A stretch of DNA of 64,000 nucleotides. It comes from Camelus dromedarius. Lineage: Eukaryota. The first letter of the stretch is position 1, and each line of letters starts with the position of its first letter. A program made the translations under genes and the position numbers. The notes beneath the pieces were generated by a model that saw only the letters and a list, made by a program, of their open reading frames with translations, was not told the origin of the DNA and made no database searches. Shown in pieces: positions 26,200 through 38,480 of this stretch. The stretch is taken from assembly GCF_036321535.1 (NCBI RefSeq), contig NC_087437.1, positions 46,688,001 to 46,752,000 of the forward strand. Direction: 5' to 3'.

Positions 26200-27070
26200 T
26201 TTGTAATTTAATCTTTTACCTAATGCCTCTGCTTGAAGATTTACAAAGATCTATAAGTCTGTTTGATAAGACTAACCGTTCCTTTTAGGATGGTGCTAAT
26301 TACCGTTTTTTTCCTATGCACGGAACCAAATCTTTGCTTCTGTAACTTCTCTCCATTGCTTCATCTAGCAGGCCTTTGGGTGTTGTTTGATGTTGTCCTT
26401 TGTCATCTCAACTTTAGCCAATATCTTCAACCCCTTCTCATAGACATAGTGGATCTCTCAGCATTTTCTTTACCTTCCTCGATAGATGCTTTAGTCTCTC
26501 CAACCCAAATTAAATATGCTCTGCAGATGTAGATCAGCCACCGTAGAGGCCAGTGGGAACATTATAAGTTCTACACATAATGTACTTTACAATTACCTTT
26601 ACTTTTTTAAATAGTTTCTAGGTCATGTGGGCTTGCTATTCATAAACACATGTTGGCCTTTTTCAAATGAACTACTTAAGTTATACTTCATTTGTTCTTC
26701 AGTTGAGAAAATTACATTTAAGGCTCAAGGATGGATCTGAACTGTATTTTTAATTTAACCTTATTAGTTTTTAGTCTGTTGAAATAATTTTGAATATTGA
26801 TTGCCACTCAACGTATTACCTGGTTAACTCAGTTTTTAATTATCTGCAAATTTAAATGGCACATCATTTAATTTTCTTTCAAGTTGCTAACCAAAATATT
26901 GAATTGGTCAGGATCTCATTGCCATATCACTAGAGAAGACCATGTGGATATGGTAGGCATGGTTGTTTAACTACTTACAATCTGGCTACCTGTACTCTTG
27001 TCCAGTTCAAGCTTTGTTATCATAGTCTCAAGAATATCATAAGAGACTTTATTGAAATCTCCTGTGGGAA
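26200..27070 (-). mobile_element. CR1/L3 LINE fragment
   Basis: 'aaccaaatctttgcttctgtaacttc', 'tatctgcaaatttaa..aagttgctaaccaaaatattgaa..agagactttattgaaatc' resemble the antisense L3 RT region. Confidence 0.6.
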
Positions 27071-29079
27071 AAATACTTCATCAGTTGGAAGGTTTTGGGA
27101 TTCTGATTTTTAAAAGCAACATAATTCACTTTTTCAAATAAGACTTATATGGAATCATAGTTTATAGGACGTAAGAAATGTGGAGCTGCTGTGGTTGAAA
27201 TGTGGGTAGAAAGATGACACACCTACACTCATCACCTCCATTCTCCCCGAGCTCTTCCTAAACCATGGCTGCCCACAAACCTCAGGGGGAAAACATTTGA
27301 TAACACTGATTTGTAGCATCTCATATCTATCAGTAGAGTCAGCTTCGCCGAAAAGGAAAAGAGACTTATTAGGGATGGCGTAAACAAATGGCACATATAC
27401 TCATACTTTGGGGCCCACTCTTCTGTTCATTACTCTGTTTAATACTTTATTAGACAGTAGCATGTCAAAGAGAAATACCTCTAAGCTTACTGGTCTATCC
27501 TTTTATAAAAGAGAAGTTATAATTAATGCAGAGGCTATACTGGTGACTCTTATATCCTCTTACATCTCTCGGATAAAGTATTTAAAAAGATCTATTAAAG
27601 GACAAAAATACAATGGCACAGGAAACTAAAAATTAAAAAAAAGACCACATGCTACTGTGTGAAGGGAATTTCCAATGACTTGGAATACACATTCCAGTCT
27701 AGAGACCGTCCACTCTCTGTACCAGAATTGCATGGGCAGCTGCATCCCCAATGTCTGCTCCTAACTTTGTGACTTAAGGATTATGTTGACCAGAAAATCT
27801 GGCAGCCAACCAAACGCTGGTGCATAAGAACTTTGGTAGAAAATAATGTATCCAAAATGCTAATGCCAAAACATACAGAAGGAAGGGACAGCCTGCTGAA
27901 AGTTTTGCTTAAATGAACAGTTGTTTATAAAGTCACACCAGTGTAATAGTTGAAGAAAACTTTGGAATGATATATGATGGGAGGATATAGTCAGGCTATA
28001 GATAAACAATTTGTGATGATACACAGAAGGCCAGTGTGTGCATACCTGATATTCTGTTGGGGTATTTTTCCTTTTTCATGTCCAACAGACAAAAGTTACA
28101 TAATCTACAATTGTTTTGGGAGATCAATTTTTTAAAAATTAAAGCAAGCTTTCTAAGACATGATTTTAAATTTCATTTATTTCTTACCATATTTTATCTC
28201 ATTTCCTATATTTATGTGCCAAACCTATTTTTTCATGATTTTTACTTCTTCAGCATTAAATTAAAATTGAAAATGGCATTAATCTCCAATAGGTCAAGTC
28301 CTTGACATTTCAGGAGAGTGATGTTCCACTATATAATAGTGTCAGGTACCTTCCTCCAATTTTCCCAGCAATCCTCTATTTCTAATTTCACTCAGAAGTT
28401 ACAATTCCCAGAATAAAACTTGATTGAGAGTAGAGGAAGGAGAGTTGCATTATATCCTGCTATGCAATTACCTCAGGAAAAGTCATACACGTGGTGCTGG
28501 GGGAGCAGTAAGGTAGACCATTTAAGTAGTACACACTGGGGAATGTAGTTGTTTTATGTACATCTCTTGTACAAAAAGAACTGCAGGACTGTCTGACTGT
28601 TTACCATAGTTACATAGGCTAGTTAGAGGAAAATTTGTTTCCTTAGTGGAACAGATAAAACTTCTCTTCCCTGTCCGTTCTCAACACAATAGAGACTGAA
28701 CACATGATCCCATACTGAGCACATTACTGCAGGCAGGTCTAGATCTAAAAACAAGAATTCCCCCATGCATAATAAGGTAAGTATCTGGACAGGAGTAATA
28801 CATGTATTCTGTAATCTGTAAAATAAAGCATCAGTACAGAAGTATCAAGGATGAGTAAACAGGGTAGTACTAAACAGCGTGACATAGGGTTTATGGAAAA
28901 ATGTTTCAATGTAAAGGCAAAGAAGAATTATCTTGAAGATTCAGAGAAAAAGACATACTTTAGAAATAATTTTCTATAAGAAGAATTGGAAAATGCTTGA
29001 GAAAATTTATCTTACTCCCCTAATGAAAGCCTAATAGTATGCTCAGTTTGAAGCAGAAACAGGGGCCAGTATTGGGACT

Positions 29080-29570
29080 AGTATGTCCTTGGCTACATGT
29101 ACTAATTTTGATGTGGGATGGCTTAGACAATAAATACATTATTTTCTCATAAAACTAGAAGTACGGAGGCAAAGTGGATTGTATTGTAGGCTTTTACAGA
29201 GGCCAAGCTGTCATCAGAGCTTTTGTGTCCTTCCTACCTAATTGTGTTAATTCTGTGTTTTCAAGCTGGTTTACCTCATGGTCTCAAGATGGCTGCAGCA
29301 ATTCCATGTGTCACATCCACCCACATTAACATCAACATGATAAAAAAGGGATGACTCTTCCTAAGCCTCTTTGTTATGAGAGAAAAGCATTGTGCAAAAT
29401 CTCCCAGTCAATTTCTCCTCACATTGACCTGAATTGAATTATATAAATGTTCCTCAGGCAATTACTGAAATGGGAAATAAAACAACTATAACTGGTTTAG
29501 ACAAATTATCTGGGGAGATTATGACATCCATTACAGGGTTATAGGGAAAGAAAAAGATGGGATGGTGTAG
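29080..29570. mobile_element. Old MaLR LTR (MLT1J/K-like)
   Basis: 'cctcatggtctcaagatggctgcagcaattcca..tcacatcc'. Confidence 0.7.
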
Positions 29571-29589
29571 TAGGATATAGAAAGAAATT

Positions 29590-31895
29590 ACCTAAAATAG
29601 AAAAGTTAGAATTCACATTGGAAACAGTAAAGAGCAGAAATGAAACTGAGAAAACTGGATTGGTGATAACAAGCTAAAGAAGGTCTCCCAGAGTTAGAAA
29701 GTTAAAAAAAAAAATTATGGAAGACAGAAAATAGAGACTGAAGTTGTGCTTATTATGATAAATCAAAAAAATTGATGAAAGACTAATCAGACTTAGGAAA
29801 GAACATTCATGAGGTGGAAACTGACTTGATCCTATAGATAAAGAATGACCCGTTATGTTCCAGGGAAAAGGAATAAAAAGAGACCCATGCTTAACATAGT
29901 CACATCCTACAAGTATATGGTCAGGAGATTAAAAAATTACATAAAAGGGGATAGAATTATACTAGCCTCAGACTTTTATTGCATGGTATTAAATTAAAAA
30001 CAACAATGCCTCTAGAATATTTAAAAGAAAAAATATGACCCGAGAATTCTACATGTGTACCAGGATGGCCATTCTAGTTTGAAAGCAAAAGAGTAGCTGT
30101 GTTTAAGCTCTGAAAATGTATTCCTTATTTTCCTTTTCTTACAATCGAAGATATACTTAAGTGGATGACTCAAGGTGGAGAAAAGTGTGGCATTTAACTT
30201 TGTTGAAGTTAAGTGGTAGTGATTCAAGATTCATGTATTCACCTAAGATGTCATTCCACTGTAAAGACAACAGAAGAATTTTCTTGGGTATTAAAAGCTC
30301 CATTAAACGTAAGACTTATGTGTTCTTTCAGAGAAAGACACTCTTCAGTCACCTTGAGAAGCTAAGAATAGTATTCTGGTAACATAAAAGGATGATTGTG
30401 GGATATAAAATGACCTAATTGAATTAAAAATAACTATGGTAGTGTGATTATTCAACTGAATGTAAAATAAAAAATTATTTTAAATGGTGTTTTACATAGT
30501 AGAACAACATATAACAATAAGCCAGGTTCTTAAATCTCATTAAAATAAATAAACAAAACTGAGAACTGGGTAGGAAAAGAATAGCACAGGAGTGACAAAT
30601 TCCTTCAGCAGAGAAATGATTCAGAAGTCTTCATTTCTTTTTGTCCTTGGAAAAGAGAGAAATACAGGTTTAGAAATATATGAGAAATTCTATCACTAGT
30701 AAAATTAAGAAAAACAAATAACTCCCCCAAACTACTAGAGAATAAAACAAAAAAATGATTGCAACAAAAATAAAAATAAAAACAAACTGTATGGAAGCAC
30801 ATCAAAACAGAAGATGTAAGATGAAATAAGATAAAATACCAATCCCTTCAGTAATGGTTATAAACATAAAATTTTAAAAACTGGTCTCTGTGCTGCTTCT
30901 AACAGCATGTCAAAGATGACTAAGAGAAGACGGACCAAGGGTATGCCAGAAAACCAGAGACAAAAAGAAGGAATTTAATTATTGATATTAGATAAAACAT
31001 CCAAATCAAAAGTAATCATTGGAAATCGGATTTTTTTTACATTGATAACCTTTTCTACCCTAAACCAGAATAAAAATTTCAAGCATTTTATAGGGAAATT
31101 TATCCAAAAAATGACAATTAATATTTCAAGATAATTAATAACAAGGGAAATACAAATGGCTACTGAACATATCAAAACTCTTCTACCTCACTGAGATCCA
31201 AAGGAATGTAAATCGAAATAACAAGATGTCATTTTTTACTTTAAGATGCAAAATCTTAACTAATTGTGATAGTCAATTCATTTGAGGATTCCATTGGTAG
31301 GTACTCTCATATATGTACATTGACTCCAGCTCTGGAAAGCAGTTAAATGATGTGCAGAGAAACCTTTTATAGAGTTATTTTTCCCCAAATTTAGTAAAGA
31401 AATGAATGCTAAGGCAAAATCTGAAAAAGTAACAAATATATATATATATGTAATGATGTTCATCACACTTTATTGGTAAACAGTGAAAAACTGGAAACAA
31501 ATATCACTGAAGAGGAAAAGGGTAAAATAAATTACATGTAACTTAATAACCACACAATATTATAAATATTAACATAATTTAATAATATATCATGTGATAT
31601 TATGTAGTTCATAAAGAGATGTTTTTGAAGAGTTACCATTGCATTGAAAAATGTCTATGATTTACTGCTAAAGTCAAGAAAACTTGATGAACAGTTATGT
31701 AGTCTATATTATCACAACTACATAAAAATGCATATAAAATTTCAGGAAGAACATATGCCAAAGTGGTAATCATACTTGACTCTGGAAGGTAAAATTATAA
31801 GTGATTTCTTTTCTGCTTCCTATGACCTTTCTATATATCCTAAATTTCCTATTTCCAACTTTATTTTAAGAAAACAAAATAATTGAAAAGAAAAG
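29590..31895 (+). mobile_element. Diverged L1ME/HAL1-type element, ORF1-like portion through 3' end
   Basis: A-rich; 'ctagcctcagactt..acccgagaattctaca', 'acaaatggctactgaacatat..cctcact', 'aaaactggaaacaa'. Confidence 0.7.
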
Positions 31896-31919
31896 GTATT
31901 TCTTTTCTATAACTCCAAT

Positions 31920-32600
31920 TTCTTCCATTCTTTAAGTGTTCTCAAAGATTGTGGTGGTTTCGTAATCAAATTTATAGTTCTTTTACTCCCCTGAGATGTA
32001 ATTTTTCTGAGACTGAAGGCTTAAAAAGGCTTTATATTCTCACACTATCTCCTTACCTATCTTGGTTTTCAATTTCCTCCTGACCATGTTTGCTCTCCCT
32101 TTGCCACTCTGGAGATCATTGTCCGGGTTGGAGAAGATGAAAGCTAAATAGGAGTTAGCTGAATCTCGTTTGCCTTTTGTCATCTTAGCATTGTACATTT
32201 GTTACCAGCAGACTGCCTTCCTTCATCTCTCCTTCTTGCTCTGAACTAAGCAAAAAGAAAAACGGTCCACTATTTTGTCTTCAAAAAGTTTTTGCAGACT
32301 TGAGCTCTTATTGAGTACTCAACATCCTCCTTAGACGTTCAAACCAATCTTCTGAGCTAATCTTTTATTTTATGTCCCTTCTTCCTTGACTCTCCTTCCC
32401 AAGTTCCCTTACAATCTGAGCTCATCAAAAAGTGTCCTTTGAAACTGCAGATGATTTTGTATCTGTCACCCTTTAGACCAGATCAGTCCATTTACCCACC
32501 ACATGTGCTTTGGTCCATGCATATAAGTCACAGTTGCTAACTGTTTTTCTCTCTTCAGATATCTTCTTTTTCTGCCAACTGCTTTGGGTGATTTGCCCTT
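31920..32600 (-). mobile_element. CR1/L3 LINE fragment (continuation)
   Basis: 'ctatctccttacctatcttgg..ggagaagatgaaagctaaataggagttag' typical of antisense L3. Confidence 0.55.
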
Positions 32601-32621
32601 TTCCTTGACTCTTGGTGCTTG

Positions 32622-32790
32622 ACCATGGTTCACAAATTCAAAACCCACAGTGGCCCAGCTGGTAAAATGTGCGCCTGGAGCGCCCAGAGTGTGCCTTCAG
32701 AGAGGACAGCCATTACTCACCCACCTCCAACTGACCGCCAAGCAGGATTCATGGCCCACTGTGGTCAACTCCCTGTTTTAAAATACACTG
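32622..32790. mobile_element. MER45-like hAT-Tip100 MITE
   Basis: 'ggttcacaaattcaaaacccacagtggcccagctggtaa' start. Confidence 0.5.
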
Positions 32791-32796
32791 AAAATA

Positions 32797-32799
<3 letters not shown>

Positions 32800-32829
<30 letters not shown>
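32800..32829 (+). repeat. (TG)n microsatellite
   Basis: About 15 units seen directly. Confidence 0.96.
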
Positions 32830-32831
<2 letters not shown>

Positions 32832-33215
32832 ATAATTATGAAGTCTGAGAAGTCCTACAACCTGCCATGTACAAGCTGGAGACTCAAGAAAGCCAGTGGT
32901 ATAATTCAGTCCAAGTCTGGTAGCCTGAGAACCAGGGGACCCAGTGGTTTATGTCCCAGTTTGAGGACTGGAGACATTGAGATGGAATGTCCCAACTGAG
33001 CGATGAGGCAGGAAAAAAAGGGGTGAATTCCTTCTTCTTCCCACTTTAGTTTTACTCAGACCCTCAATGGATTGGATGATATTGACCCGCCTTGGGGTCC
33101 ACTAATTCAAATGCTAATCCCATCCAGAAGCAACCTCACAAACACACCCAGATACAATGTTTAATCTTTGTGCCCTATGGTCAGTCAAGTTGACACATAA
33201 AATTAACCATCATAC
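32830..33215. mobile_element. ERVL LTR (MLT2-type)
   Basis: 'gagaagtcc..ctgcca..caagctggagac..aaagccagtggtataattcagtcc' and end 'caagttgacacataaaattaaccatca'. Confidence 0.88.
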
Positions 33216-33999
33216 ATAACTCGTTTATTTTCCCATACCATCCCCTCTCACGTTTGCCATTCAGATTTCAACTTCCTTAAAAAATATCTTCCATAGTTCT
33301 AAATCCTCCAAACTCTTGCTGTCACTAATCCATATGGTGGATCTGTATGTTGGGGGGTGGGTGTCTGTTTATATAAGTGTGTACTATGTGTATGCGGTTA
33401 CATAAAACTGTGAGGCAAAAGACAGAATATTTTGCTCGTTACCCCAACACTGTTCTCTGCTCTGGCCTGGGATCTTGTGTGATTACATAGTCAGAATTTA
33501 GTTTTATTGGGTGTCAAAGTCCTCATGGTCCTCAGTCACACTGCGTGACTAAGGCCATCAACAGACTCTGGAGACACGAGGTCAGATATGTTTAGTCATG
33601 GGCCCATCGGCTCCCCTCCCACCCTTGTTGTCACTTCGTCTTCTGCTCCAGAGTCCCCTCATTTCTTCATCCTTTAGCTCTGTCCCGTGCCTTTACCCTG
33701 ACCTCGCGTCTGAGACTTGTTGACTGAATTTGGCTCTTTCATTTTGACGTTTGGTCCTTTCCGAGAATAAGACTTTAAGTCACCTTTTGGTGTTTCCTTC
33801 TCTTGACTACAGCAGGTTATTACATCAACCCTGGTTCAGTGCTGGATGCCCTGAATAGTGTCATAGGTGAATATTCTCTGATACCCAGTAAAGGGCAGTC
33901 ATCTCCTGAAGACTCCACCCCCTGTACATTAGAAAATGCACTTTCCCTACACATTTAAGAAAAATAATCTCCCTGAAATCTAAGGTCACAGTTGATATT

Positions 34000-34225
34000 A
34001 TTATTATTAGCTTATTTGTCGAATATTTTAATTATTCTAACCACTGTCCTAAATGCTTTACAAGTAGTAACTCACAACACCACAATGAATTAATTTTATC
34101 ATTCCTGTTTACAGAAGAGGAAACTGAGGCATAGAGTGAGCTAGCCAGCTAGTGTAAGAAGTGGAATTTGAATCTTGTAAGTTGGGCTCCAGAGGTATGA
34201 TCTTAATAACTGGACAGTATTCTCT
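34000..34225 (-). mobile_element. MIR
   Basis: 'tttacagaagaggaaactgaggc..ggaatttgaatc'. Confidence 0.8.
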
Positions 34226-34760
34226 CTCTCATCTTACATTGTTATAAACTCAAAGATGGCATAATCATTTTCTCCCCAGGTCCCCATCACTTTTATGTCT
34301 TCATCAGTTCTCATTGTTGATCAGAACTCGGTGCCAATATCATTTCCTCTCACTTCTGCCTTTATCACCCTCTGCCTTTTGAGCAATGAGACTATCAGCA
34401 GGGCACGTCAAGAACTTTCTGATGCTCTGCCTGTAGCAGAATAAGGCTTCCAGCAGCTTTATTGATAGTTGAAGCTACTTTATCTTGCCTCAGCACCAGT
34501 TTTGTGATTTATTGATCATTTACTTTTTATCTCAAAGCTCTGAACTGTGCTTCTAAAACAGCATCAATATATTTTTTTTTCATTTTTAGCCAGATCATAC
34601 TTCCACTTTATAAATTGTAAATTTCCATCTAGATTAATAGTGTGTTTATATGCAATGCTACTTCTCTTTCCCTTTACTTCTAAGTTTCTCTGACTAACCT
34701 CATAAGCTCACTCAAGACTTGAACAACATTTCTATTTCTGTGATTCAAAAAATCTCTTTA

Positions 34761-34902
34761 GCAGGGAGGGTACAGCTCAGTAGAGCACATACTTAGCATG
34801 CATGAGGTCCTGGGTTCAATCCCCAGTCCCTCCTCCAAGTATAAATAAATAAACAAACCCAATTATCTCCCCCTCATTAAAAAGAGAGAGAGAGAGAGAG
34901 AG
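34761..34902 (+). mobile_element. tRNA-derived SINE (camelid vic-1-like) with (GA)n tail
   Basis: A-box-like 'agctcagtagag', B-box 'gggttcaatccc'; perfect 12-bp TSD aaaatctcttta at 34749-34760 and 34903-34914. Confidence 0.9.
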
Positions 34903-35450
34903 AAAATCTCTTTATCCCTAGGTCCACTGCAAATCCCAAGCTGCAAAGATGCATGTGCAAATTATCCTGGACAGCTCCACCCCCAGACACCTCAATGCAC
35001 CATAAACTCTCCCCAATTAGCTGCTCCTTCTCTTCTCCCAAATTTTCCATCTATCTAGTTGTTCCAACAAGAAATATTGGCCCCATTTCTCTGTGCATCT
35101 TCACAAGAAAATATATTAAAATAGTTACCATCACACCCATTTTTACTTCTCACACACTGTTCTTTGCTCAAGTAGGGTTCTGTGCTCACCACCAAAACTG
35201 ACACTGCACCGGTGAGCGTCACCAACTTACCTATCGGTGAGCCCAACGGTCACTTTTCTGGCCTCACCACACTTTACCTCTTAGGCACATTTGATGCAGT
35301 TAGTTACTGCTTTCTCCTTTTGGATTTTATGATGCCACGCTCTCCTGGATTTCTTATTCTCATATCGGTTCCCTCTTCTCAGGCTTCTTGGCTGACTTTT
35401 CCTTGGGTTGGCCTCTAAAATACTGAAAGTTCCCAGAAATGAGTCCTTCA

Positions 35451-35937
35451 CTATTAGTTTTTTATTGCTGCTATAAAAAATTACCACAAACTTAGTGGCT
35501 TAAGACAGCATAAATTTATTACCTTACTGTTCAGAAGTCTGACACAGGTCTCCCTGGACTAAAATCAACCTGTCAGCAGGGCTATGTTCTTTTTTGAAGG
35601 CTCTTAAAGTAAACCATTTTCTAATATTTTCCAGCTTCTTGCCTGCATCTCAGCTCATTTACTTTTCCCCCTATCTTCAAAGATCTGTCCAATCTCTCTC
35701 CAAACCTCCTTTTGTAGTCAGGTCTTCCTCTGACCATAGCCAAGAAAAGTTCTTCACCTTGAGGCCTCACATGATCACCTTGGGCTCACCTGGATAATCA
35801 AGGAAAATTTCCCCATCTCAAGGCCCTTAAATTAATCACATCTGCAAAGTCCCTTGTGTCATGTAAAATAGCATATTCCAAAGTTCTGTGGATTAAGGCC
35901 TGGAAATCTTTGGGGGCCCATTATTCTGTCTACAACA
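35451..35937. mobile_element. MaLR LTR (MLT1-type)
   Basis: 'attagttttttattgctgct..ttaccacaaacttagtggcttaa' to 'atctgcaaagtccc..tgggggcccattattctgtctacaaca'. Confidence 0.88.
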
Positions 35938-36313
35938 TTAGCCCTCTTTGCTTTTCTCTATGGAGGAGATCCTCTGAATCCCACAGTTTCAAATGCCACT
36001 TGTGTGGTGATGACAGCCACGTTTATATCTCCAACCTTGACTTCTCTGAGATTTCAATCTGTATGCCCAAGGGCTTACTTACCTTACATTCCCCCCAGCC
36101 TGTCTTCTCCAAATTGTCATTATTTCTACAAATGGCACTATCTCACATCAGATCAAGAACTAAATTTGTTGGTCTTATCTGCCTTCTTTCTTTCATCCCC
36201 AATTCTAATTAATCATCTGAAGGTCTTAATACAGACCCTCCCTTATTTAATTCACCATCTCCCCTGTAGCCACAACTAGACCAAGCCACAGTGTCAGTGC
36301 TTTCGTAACTCTG

Positions 36314-36831
36314 CTTTTTTTGGGTTTTTTTAAGTTTTTAGTTTATTAATCCTGTCATGGAAAATCTGCACAATCACCACAGATACAGTCACTACAGAAT
36401 CTTTACTCCTTCTTTTTGCCAGCACCAACATTGGCCTTCACAGTCCCCCTGACTTTCTTCATCCTGTTCTTCCATTCATTTCTCTGTTTCCTTGAGGTCT
36501 TGTACAGGCCATGACTTGCAAGCCTGTGTTTGAATTCATTTTTCTTCGCCTAATCCAAGGAATTGTCGATTATGCCAAAGCCAGTTGTCATGCCACCACC
36601 AAAATGAGTTCTGAATCTGAATACAAAGATGGCCTCTGGCGTGGTCTTGTACATTTTGGCTAGTTTTTCCTGAATTTCTGTCTTAGGTACTGTTGCCTTC
36701 CCAGAGTGAAGGACATCGATGACCATTTGTTTCTGCTGAAGTGGTTGGATGGGCATGAACTTCCTGGTCTGGATAGTTACTGTGTCATTCATGATGGCAG
36801 CTGATCTCCAAGCAGCCAGGGAGGAAAAGAG
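36314..36831 (-). pseudogene. RPS24: Processed pseudogene of 40S ribosomal protein S24
   Basis: Intronless [29 protein letters not shown] (ATG 36792, stop 36403-36405); premature TAG at 36550-36552; 9-nt deletion in EKKKT; 5'TOP CTCTTTTCCTCC; AATAAA at 36342-36347; poly(A); degenerate TSD. Confidence 0.98.
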
Positions 36832-37324
36832 CTGTAACTTCACTTTCAAGTTCTCTCTTGATCCCCTAACATTCACCTGGCATTTAAAAAGATCCTTACA
36901 AAAGAGTAATATTTGCAAATAGTAAATTAGATTATGTTGCTTCTCTAGTGAACGCCCTCCAGTGGCCTCTCATTGATGCCATAAAGTGCCTCATGACCTG
37001 CCTCTTTGATGGAACCCTCCACCACTCTCTTCCTCTTTTATTGAGCTTCAGCCACACCACCAGCCTTCAGTCTCTGCCTGGACCACGGCAGCTTTGCTTC
37101 CTGCCTCAGGACCTGTGCACTCTGTCTGGAATCCTCATTTCTCAGATCCTGACATAGTTGGTTAATTGTTGTCATTCACTATCTCCCCTTGACTATTCAT
37201 AGTATCAAGGCCTTCCCCAACCATGACCAGGTCATCTAACGTCCATCTCATTCTCTATCCTGTGACTTTCTTTCAACTCCTTCATAGCACTGATCACTAT
37301 CTAAAATTATCGTGTTTATTTATA

Positions 37325-38480
37325 TCAATGTCACTGAAATTTACATAAAGTAAATACGCATATTTTATGTACACAGTTTGACCAGTTCTGACAAATACCT
37401 ACACCTGAACAGCTACCACCTCCATTAAGAGGTAGAAGATTTTCACCTCAGAAAGCTCACAAATGCTTCTTGGCAGTCAAGCCCCATACCCACCCGGGTA
37501 GCCTCTGATCTGAGTTTTTGAAGCCATTCTTCTCAGTTTTATTCCTCCAGAGCATCCGTCAAATACAGACAGAGTGAGAACCACTTAGGTAATTTAAAAT
37601 GTTGTAGTAGTTCATATAGGTTTGTTCTAGAATGCCATGTAGCTCCATAACTCTATAATGTCTGCTTCCTTTTGCTCAACTTAATGTCTTTGAGTGTTGT
37701 CCTTGTTGTGGCAGTAGTCCCCTTTTCTCCATTTCTAATGGTGTGTAGTATTCTATTTTATGAAAATACAACAGTTTGTTTATCCATTCTCCTATTGATG
37801 TTGCACTGTTTCCAGATTTTAGCTGTTTTGAGAAAAGCTACTATGAACCTTCATGCACAAGTCTTTTTGAACACATATTTGTATTTCCTTTAGGTGATAC
37901 AGTAAATTAATATTTAACTTTATCAAGAAACTGCTTGATTGCTCTCCAAACTGTTTGGCCCATTTGTATACGACTTCCCACGATGTAGAAGAGTCCTGGT
38001 TGCTCCGCATTCTCATCAGTACTTGGTATTTTGGTCATTTTGTTTTAGCCATTCTGGTTGTATCCTATGAGAGCTTTTATTTGCACTTTATTGATGATTC
38101 ATGATGATGAATATCTTTTCAAGTGCTTATTGATCATTTGTACGTTTTCTTTTATATAGTCCACTGCAGAATTTTCCCTTTTAAAAATTAAGTTGTCTTC
38201 TAATCATTGAATGGTAAGGTTTCCTTATGCATTCTGTGTATGAGTTCTTCATCATGAATGTGTGCTGCAAATATTTTCTCCCTTACTGTTGCTTGGTTCT
38301 TGATTTTCTTAATAATGTTCAAAACAGAAGGTTTTAATTTTGATGAAATTCAATTTATGCTTTTTCCTTTTATGGCTATTGCTTTTTGTATCCTCTTTAC
38401 AAAAATTTTGCCTCCTCATAGTATCAAGGAATTTCTCCAATGCTTTCTTCCTGAAGTTTTATAATTACAACGTTTATGTT
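37325..38480 (-). mobile_element. Old L1M 3' portion
   Basis: 'acagtttgtttatccattctcctattgat', 'gcaaatattttctcc', 'gaaggttttaattttgatgaaattcaattt'. Confidence 0.85.

Larger units (their letters stand above)
35150..37325 (+). mobile_element. L2 element split by MLT1 and RPS24 retrocopy
   Basis: L2-typical blocks at 35150-35450, 35938-36300 and 36850-37325 ('ccttcatagcactgatcactatctaaaattat'). Confidence 0.7.

Noticed and set aside
36550..36918. 122-aa ORF as a functional RPS24 gene
   Set aside because: Premature stop, deletion, many substitutions, no introns; the N-terminal extension is flank/UTR
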